A stretch of 64,000 nt of DNA, taken from a bacterium (lineage in GTDB: Bacteria; Hinthialibacterota; Hinthialibacteria; Hinthialibacterales; Hinthialibacteraceae). A program made the position numbers and the translations under genes. A model generated the notes under the pieces. The model did not search any database. It saw only the letters and a program-made list of their open reading frames with translations, and was not told the origin of the DNA. Shown here piece by piece: positions 57,591 to 64,000 of the stretch (position 1 is the first letter of the stretch; every line of letters begins with the position of its first letter). The DNA is taken from assembly GCA_963662285.2 (NCBI GenBank), contig CAXXMV010000006.1, positions 928,001 through 992,000 of the forward strand. Direction: 5' to 3'.

Positions 57591-58490
57591 CTATCGATAA
57601 CGTATAAATACAGAATATCTCAGCAAGCATAATAATGATCTAAGGACGTAGATATCCAGGTAATTTAGTAGTGAAAGATAAGGGAATTGTGTACGTATCC
57701 TATTGTAATATCTTATTTTATGCCACCAGGAAATCAGGAAGCGCTTCACTCCCCAGTTCTTTATCAGGAAGTACATACGCAAGCGTTCGGTATAGTAATG
57801 GAATTGCAACTGATCTTGTTTTGTGCGCCCTGGATCGGCGTAATGGTGCAAAATCTTTACTTCGGGATCAACCAATAATTTATAGCCTTTTTTTAATATT
57901 CTTTGGCTAAGGTCTCCATCTTCATAGAGATAGAAATAATATTCATCGAATCCGCCGATTTCGCTCAAAGCCTCATGCCGGTATATCGAGAAGCAAGTTG
58001 ATAATACCTGGGGACTCTCTGTAGGCTGCATCGAAGCGGTTGGATTGAAATATCCTTCCCAATCCATGCATGGCGACCAGCACCAAAGTTTAGTCAGCGC
58101 CTGGTCGGTGTAATAGATACCCGCCGCGCCTGCCGTCAGGGGATTGGCTTCCATGTATTCAATCAGTTTGGATAGCGCTCCTGAGCTGCGTAATTCGGCG
58201 TCGGAATCCATGTAAATAATATACTGGCCGGACGCGATACGGGTTCCCTGGTTACGGGCGGCGGATGCTCCTACGTTTTGGGTGTTTTCTATTAACTTAA
58301 TCCAATCCTGTCCGCGCAGCCAATCGAGAGAACCGTCGGTGGAACCATTATCAACCACTATGATTTCTAGAGATGGATAATTTTGATCCAGCAAAGACTG
58401 AATAGCTTTTTGGAGCAGATCGCACCGGTTCCAGCTGACCAGCACTGCGGAGGTGATTGGAGTTTTCGAAATAGACGAAGTTTGGTTCAT
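57591..58490 (-). CDS. Glycosyltransferase family 2
   Basis: IIVVDNGSTDGS, N.G...ARNQG, MDSD, GGFDE.YF.L.ED.DL. Confidence 0.92.
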   Translation of the reverse strand: MNQTSSISKTPITSAVLVSWNRCDLLQKAIQSLLDQNYPSLEIIVVDNGSTDGSLDWLRGQDWIKLIENTQNVGASAARNQGTRIASGQYIIYMDSDAELRSSGALSKLIEYMEANPLTAGAAGIYYTDQALTKLWCWSPCMDWEGYFNPTASMQPTESPQVLSTCFSIYRHEALSEIGGFDEYYFYLYEDGDLSQRILKKGYKLLVDPEVKILHHYADPGRTKQDQLQFHYYTERLRMYFLIKNWGVKRFLISWWHKIRYYNRIRTQFPYLSLLNYLDIYVLRSLLCLLRYSVFIRYR

Positions 58491-59602
58491 GAATCGATTA
58501 CCGATGTTGACATGTTAGGGCAAGCCGCTTGCTGCTCTTCCCATTCATGCAGACTGGTTAATACAAAACAGGTATGGGCGCAATGACAGCATTTGATTCG
58601 CTCACGGCGCTGATCCGCTATTTGGGATTTCCACAGCCGGTCTAAATCATAATCATATTGATCCAGTTTAGCGAAGGGGGAGGTAAATTCACATGCCGTT
58701 ACGGAGCCATCGCTATAAACCACGCCTAGAGTGCGCCCTGCCGACAGGCAATGAAACGGCGCCGGCTTACCTAGATACATGCCAATCTGGATTTCCAACT
58801 GACGCATGACCTGATCGAAGGCGCGGCCTTCGCGCCGATTAACCTCTTTGATGCGTTCCAGAATAGAAGACAACTGGTCTATGGGAGGCAGGCTGCATTC
58901 GCGTGGGTCTTCCTGCTGCTGAATATCCTGGGGGATATTCCAGGCTGAGAAACTGATACCTCGTACTAAATCATAAGTATGCTCAACGCCCATTTGACCC
59001 CACAGTAGTTCGGCGACCGATTCTATCTGGTGATAATTATTCTTATTGACATTGGTTAAAACCACTACCCGGAAATAGGGGTGTTCTTTGGATAGGGCGA
59101 CCAAGCGTTTGAGATTCTGGACGATTTTCTGGAAACTGCCCGGCGCCCCGCGTAATTGGTCATGAGTATCCTCCAATCCATCCAGGCTGATTTGATAGGT
59201 AAGATGGCGTTTATACTTTAATGCGTAATCATGGCGAACCAGTTCTTCCATACGATCCAGCAATACGCCATTGCTATTGACCTGGATGTGATTGGTTTGG
59301 TTATCGCGGAAGAATATCTCAACGATTTGATCAAGGTCTTTGCGCAGGAACGGCTCGCCTCCGGTAATTGCCAGGGTGCGCAGGGCTGGCGTCGTATGCG
59401 CTATACGCTCTAGTTGTTCGAGAGTCATTTCCTGACCGGGATCATCCACGCGCCTCCAGAACATGCAATGGTCGCAACGCATATTGCAGCGATCCGTCAC
59501 GAAGAGGATCAGATCTTTCAAACTGGGATTTGGATAAGCGCCCTTGGGATCAATCGGTGTTGATCTAATCCATTGTAAAAAACGGGGGAGCCGGATTGCC
59601 AT
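58487..59602 (-). CDS. Radical SAM protein with a SPASM/twitch-like tail
   Basis: CNMRCDHC, TGGEPFL, SLDG...HD..RG; C-terminal Cys cluster. Confidence 0.9.
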   Translation of the reverse strand: MAIRLPRFLQWIRSTPIDPKGAYPNPSLKDLILFVTDRCNMRCDHCMFWRRVDDPGQEMTLEQLERIAHTTPALRTLAITGGEPFLRKDLDQIVEIFFRDNQTNHIQVNSNGVLLDRMEELVRHDYALKYKRHLTYQISLDGLEDTHDQLRGAPGSFQKIVQNLKRLVALSKEHPYFRVVVLTNVNKNNYHQIESVAELLWGQMGVEHTYDLVRGISFSAWNIPQDIQQQEDPRECSLPPIDQLSSILERIKEVNRREGRAFDQVMRQLEIQIGMYLGKPAPFHCLSAGRTLGVVYSDGSVTACEFTSPFAKLDQYDYDLDRLWKSQIADQRRERIKCCHCAHTCFVLTSLHEWEEQQAACPNMSTSVIDS

Positions 59603-59652
59603 TCGTCGTACCTTGCTTTAATGTTGTATAGAGAGATTATGAAAATCTCTCT

Positions 59653-59748
59653 AGTAATGCGTCCAACTTGAGTAATGCGTCCAACTTGTTTTGTCAGATA
59701 GTGTTTCTAATTTCGCCCTCACCCTAGCCCTCTCCCGGGGGGAGAGGG
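59653..59748 (+). repeat. 18-bp tandem duplication plus a family-B REP hairpin
   Basis: AGTAATGCGTCCAACTTG x2 (59653-59688); CCCTCACCCTAGCCCTCTCCC-GGG-GGGAGAGGG (59716-59748). Confidence 0.8.
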
Positions 59749-59839
59749 AATGTTGTTTACCAGACATTTTTATTTGGACAGAGTATATAGATTGGTCTTA
59801 CAAAACTAAACTGAACCGAAGAAATCATAGCAGAGCAAA

Positions 59840-62320
59840 ATGTCAGTGCAAGCGCGTACGATCCAGGATCAATATGATGCGCCTCAATTGCCCCGTCCGT
59901 TGGTCGGCGTGTGCCTGGCATTTCTATGCGGCATCGTCTACGCCCGGTTTTTTCCATGCAGCATTTTTTTAGCTCTGATCGCTCTGCTTATACTATGTCT
60001 GTCGTGGTTTACCATAGTCAGAAAGGGATTAATTAGACCCGATAGCGCGTTTCATTGGCGCATGGTCCTAATGCTGGCTGCTCTAGTGGGCGCAGTTCGT
60101 ATGGAGAGTTTGCTGCAAAGTTGGGATAACCAATTGTCTCTGGTTGCTGAACTATCCCGTATGGGTGATCAGGAGATCACGGGAACGGTTGAAGAGACGC
60201 GCATTTATAATAACCAGACCGGGATTGTTTTTCTGACTAACGTCAAACTGGCCAAATGGAACAGGGAGCGAATTTTACCGGGGAAACTTGAACTGCGAGG
60301 TTCAGCCAATAAACTTGGCGATTTTTATCCCGGCGACGAACTGCGGACTACTGGTCGAATATCACCCATCAGGGGGCCATCGGTTCCAACTGGATTTGAC
60401 TCGCAGACCTACCGCTATTCGCTCAATGTTTTCGCCAGTTCATATCTGGCCAGAGATAGTTCTATCTCTAGAACCGAACCTGAAGGATGGTCTCCCATCA
60501 GGGGTTTCGCTTATGGGGCGATGAATGATATTCAGCGGAAATTATCCCAAGACAAAAGTCTTTCATCTGAATCGATCAAACAATACACGGGCCTTATCGC
60601 GTCAATATGTTATGGTATCAAGTCTTTGACGCCTCAGGAGATTAAAGCCAGTTTATCGCGCTCAGGTTTGGCGCATCTGACCTCAATCAGCGGACTGCAT
60701 GTGAGCATGGTTTTGGTTGTATTGATGCTTTTGTTGAAGCGGATGGGATTAACCAGAAAGCAGGCGGCATGGATTACCGGCGCAGCGGCTATTTTCTATG
60801 TTCTGCTGGTTGGCGCCCGTATCCCGACGTTGCGGGCGGTGTTGATGACCTTCGTAATTTTGGGATCGTATTTTGCGGAGCGGCGCATCGATTCACTCAA
60901 TTCGCTGGCCTTGGCTGCTATTGTGTTATTACTGCTGTATCCGGGAGAGTTATTTCTACCATCGTTTCAGCTATCATTCATGGCGGTATTCACGCTGCTT
61001 TTGATATCTCCGGTTAATTTATATATTCTACGGAATTTTCGGTTCCGACCTTTGCAATGGTTTATGCAGGGGTGCATCACCTCAGCGGCGGTTATAACCG
61101 GGCTGGCGCCATTCACGGTCAGTTATTTTCATCTCTTCAGTTGGGGCGCTATTCCCGGCAACCTTATCGCCATTCCGGTGGTTGCATTTCTGCTGCCTAT
61201 CTCATACGCGTGGTCTTTTAGTATGATGCTGCCATTTTCCTGGTTATCCGGGCTGCTTGAGCAATGCGCGGTTTGGTTGTGCGACCTGCTGTTGGCTACT
61301 ATCAACTATTTTTCCCAAACTGTTTTTTATTATGAGATTCCACATATCCCCGTTGTTTGTACGATATTATTTCTTGGCGCTTTGATATTGATGAGTCGAC
61401 CGAAACTGCAATTGTTGGAAATTTATAGAATTCGGATTCGTGCGTATCATATTTCTCTGGCATTGATTGGATCAATGATTTGGCTGCCGATGGTTTATGC
61501 AAATTTTGAACCATTGCGTATCGATTTTGCTGCGCTCGGACAGGGCGACTGCATCATCATCCGCACGCCTGACAAGCGCACTGCTATCATCGACGGTGGA
61601 CCATCGCTACGTAATCAGAATCCTCTGCAAACGCCAATGCTGGTGAAATATCTGCAATCCGAGGGTATCGACCATATCGATGCCATGTTCGTGACTCATC
61701 CCCAATCAGACCATATCGGAACTTTAGGCGACGTCGCACAACATTTCCCAGTATCAATGTTGATTGAAGGGAGCAGGGAATCGGATATTGAAACATACAA
61801 GAAATTCGAGGATGTCATTGAGCATAACAACATTCCTAGAAAACTGGTGCACCGGGGGGATTATATTAAACTCGGCGAAACAACAACCCTGTGGGTGTTG
61901 CATCCCGAAGAGCAATCATCAAATATAAAACAAGACGTCAACGAACAGTCCATAGTGCTCTTGTTAATGCATCGCGATCTTGAGGCGCTGTTTACCGGAG
62001 ATATCGGCGCCAAGACGGAAAAAATGCTGTGTAAAGAATTTGATAACTGGGATATTGATGTCCTGAAAGTTCCTCATCATGGCAGCCGCTATGCAAGCAG
62101 CGTAGAGTTTCTGGAAGAGACCAAGCCGGAATTCGCCATTATCCAGGTGGGACGCAATACATACGGACACCCGCATGATGAAGCGCGATACCGGCTATTC
62201 GATATCGGCGCGCATGTGCTGCGCAACGATTACGACGGAACTATCCAACTGAGATATTGGAATAATGATATACGCCTCTACGCCACCCGGTCTAATAAGT
62301 TGTATATTTATAAACGGTAG
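59840..62320 (+). CDS. comEC: DNA internalization competence protein ComEC/Rec2
   Basis: GLAHLTSISGLHV, SFQLSF, GQGD, THPQSDHIG, KVPHHGS, YGHP. Confidence 0.93.
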   Translation: MSVQARTIQDQYDAPQLPRPLVGVCLAFLCGIVYARFFPCSIFLALIALLILCLSWFTIVRKGLIRPDSAFHWRMVLMLAALVGAVRMESLLQSWDNQLSLVAELSRMGDQEITGTVEETRIYNNQTGIVFLTNVKLAKWNRERILPGKLELRGSANKLGDFYPGDELRTTGRISPIRGPSVPTGFDSQTYRYSLNVFASSYLARDSSISRTEPEGWSPIRGFAYGAMNDIQRKLSQDKSLSSESIKQYTGLIASICYGIKSLTPQEIKASLSRSGLAHLTSISGLHVSMVLVVLMLLLKRMGLTRKQAAWITGAAAIFYVLLVGARIPTLRAVLMTFVILGSYFAERRIDSLNSLALAAIVLLLLYPGELFLPSFQLSFMAVFTLLLISPVNLYILRNFRFRPLQWFMQGCITSAAVITGLAPFTVSYFHLFSWGAIPGNLIAIPVVAFLLPISYAWSFSMMLPFSWLSGLLEQCAVWLCDLLLATINYFSQTVFYYEIPHIPVVCTILFLGALILMSRPKLQLLEIYRIRIRAYHISLALIGSMIWLPMVYANFEPLRIDFAALGQGDCIIIRTPDKRTAIIDGGPSLRNQNPLQTPMLVKYLQSEGIDHIDAMFVTHPQSDHIGTLGDVAQHFPVSMLIEGSRESDIETYKKFEDVIEHNNIPRKLVHRGDYIKLGETTTLWVLHPEEQSSNIKQDVNEQSIVLLLMHRDLEALFTGDIGAKTEKMLCKEFDNWDIDVLKVPHHGSRYASSVEFLEETKPEFAIIQVGRNTYGHPHDEARYRLFDIGAHVLRNDYDGTIQLRYWNNDIRLYATRSNKLYIYKR

Positions 62321-62337
62321 TAAATAGGAGATTATTA

Positions 62338-63519
62338 ATGAAACGATTTATGTGCATAAATTGGAATCGAATAGGGCTGATACTATCTTTCTCGATAGTT
62401 GGATATACCGCTTTTTGTGCGGATGCATCGCAGGATGCGATTCTCGAAGATGACGCCTTACGGTCCGCTGTGCTTGAGGTATTGGAAAATGAATATGGCG
62501 TCTCAGGAATCGAATTGATCAGCGATGCCATGTGGGAAAGAATTAGCGCTCTTGATGATTACAAAACCTGGAGAAATTCATTAGTCGAAAAACTTGAATC
62601 CGGCAGCCAAATTGCAGAAACCAATTTGGGCGCCATCGAGTACAAAATCCAAGGTTCTGGTCCTATCATCCTGATCTCTCATGGCGGCTTCACTGGGTAT
62701 GATATGTTGAATATCTTGGGAAAATTATCCACCGAAGGATTTACTCTTATCTGTCCTTCACGTCCCGGTTATCTTCGTACGACTTTGACGGAAATGGTAA
62801 CATTCGAGCAAGAAGCTGATATGTTCGCCGCTCTTCTCGATGCCTTGGGCATAGATGAAAAGGTAGTCATATACGGAGCTTCTCTCGGCGGTCCCACGGC
62901 GTTGCAATTCGCGCTTCGATATCCCGAACGTGTATCTGCGGTAATTCTTCAGGATGCCGTGACTACCGATTATACAGCCTTTTCAGGCGAACAATCAGAG
63001 AGTTTATTGATTACGGAATTATTAATAGGTGAAAGCGGACTCGACCAAAGGTCTTGGCTTCAGCGTCTGATATGCGACCGCTGGTTGACTACTCTGTTTT
63101 ATCAGTACATCCAAATTACGAATCACTTTGATGCGGACGCCAACCAGAGCATCGCGTCGCAAGTGATGTCACTTTCCAGTGAACGAGCAAAATTTTCTCA
63201 GCTAATAGATATGTTCGCCCCGTTGAGTATGAGATATCCGGGAACCATGCAAGAAATGGCGCAAACCGCCGACTTACCCGAGTATCCGGTGGAAAAGATA
63301 CAAGTTCCATTCCTTTATACTCAAAGCACGGTGGACAGTGATGTGGAAATACGTCATGCGGAATTCATTCAGGAACGTATTCCCACTGCTAACATTTATA
63401 CATTCGAAGGCATAGGGCATTTCTTCTGGTTCGGCGCTGAATGGGATACTATTCAAAGTGTTATGATAGAATTCCTTAAAACAAACGCCGCCTCCGGATG
63501 TTTTATGCAGTATCGATAG
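62338..63519 (+). CDS. Secreted alpha/beta hydrolase
   Basis: Signal peptide; SHGG, PSRPGY, GASLGG nucleophile elbow, GH. Confidence 0.85.
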   Translation: MKRFMCINWNRIGLILSFSIVGYTAFCADASQDAILEDDALRSAVLEVLENEYGVSGIELISDAMWERISALDDYKTWRNSLVEKLESGSQIAETNLGAIEYKIQGSGPIILISHGGFTGYDMLNILGKLSTEGFTLICPSRPGYLRTTLTEMVTFEQEADMFAALLDALGIDEKVVIYGASLGGPTALQFALRYPERVSAVILQDAVTTDYTAFSGEQSESLLITELLIGESGLDQRSWLQRLICDRWLTTLFYQYIQITNHFDADANQSIASQVMSLSSERAKFSQLIDMFAPLSMRYPGTMQEMAQTADLPEYPVEKIQVPFLYTQSTVDSDVEIRHAEFIQERIPTANIYTFEGIGHFFWFGAEWDTIQSVMIEFLKTNAASGCFMQYR

Positions 63520-63534
63520 ATGACGCAATTTTTG

Positions 63535-63954
63535 TCAATCAGGATAGACGAAATCCATTGTGATCTTGGTATCAGGATGCAGGCTTTGTTTTACAGGACA
63601 AGCCTTGGCGGCCGCTTCTAATTTTTGACGGTCAGTCTTGGAAAATTTTTTGCCTGGAGGCAGAGTTATGGTTACTATTATCTCTCCGATACGGCGTACG
63701 GGATCAGCGGCCATTTCTTTCACCACATGGACTTTGGTTCCGATGATATCCAATTGATTGGTCTGCGCCGTAAGCCCCATGATGGTGACCATGCAACTGC
63801 CCACTGCGGTGGCGACTAGATCGGTGGGGGAGAAGGCGGCGCCTTTGCCGCCATTATCCACAGGGGCGTCAGTTGTCAAGGTATCTCCTGATGGCCCATG
63901 CTTAGCTGAACAACGTAAATCACCTTCATACTGAATATCTATGTTAACTGACAT
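63535..63954 (-). CDS. OsmC family protein
   Basis: TDAPVDNGG.G..FSPTDL....GSC; ACPV..SL. Confidence 0.92.
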   Translation of the reverse strand: MSVNIDIQYEGDLRCSAKHGPSGDTLTTDAPVDNGGKGAAFSPTDLVATAVGSCMVTIMGLTAQTNQLDIIGTKVHVVKEMAADPVRRIGEIIVTITLPPGKKFSKTDRQKLEAAAKACPVKQSLHPDTKITMDFVYPD

Positions 63955-64000
63955 TTTTTATATCCTTTTCGATATAATTTTATGTTATATCAGGCAGGCA

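Noticed and set aside
13641-59748. Dispersed repeats as a CRISPR array
   Set aside because: Repeats are inverted or nested and scattered, not regularly spaced direct repeats with unique spacers; no cas genes are present.
71-63819. Numerous 60-150 aa ORFs antisense or out of frame within long genes
   Set aside because: Shadow ORFs with no motifs or RBS, overlapping confidently identified CDS.

Overview
A gene-dense, moderately AT-rich bacterial chromosome segment with about 50 CDS. It carries housekeeping genes (leuB, bioD-bioA, queF, pcrA/uvrD, trmB, a two-domain thyX, pilT, comEC, a PpiD-like chaperone), many secreted carbohydrate-active or binding proteins, and a probable S-layer gene. The orphan prepilin-type protein and the C-terminal tails suggest a Sumerlaeota/Hinthialibacterota(OLB16)-like candidate-phylum organism; this is inference only. 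The most unusual signals are: (1) intergenic 'Russian-doll' mobile DNA, in which REP-like palindromes are targeted by at least three MITE families with readable TIRs and TSDs, nested up to four levels and carrying an internally deleted RAYT (HUH/Y1) transposase flanked by its own REPs (two copies); (2) a short C-terminal motif, [AST]AVx[EN][WFA][MS][LI][YHF], on unrelated signal-peptide proteins, a candidate protein-sorting signal; (3) a structured ~175-nt non-coding RNA candidate starting exactly at the predicted +1 of a sigma54 promoter; (4) a PadR operon encoding a TatC TM5-TM6-like module and a TatA-like peptide; (5) a DnaA-box cluster away from dnaA. Two genes are broken by +1 frameshifts, probably sequencing errors. 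No rRNA, tRNA or CRISPR array was seen.
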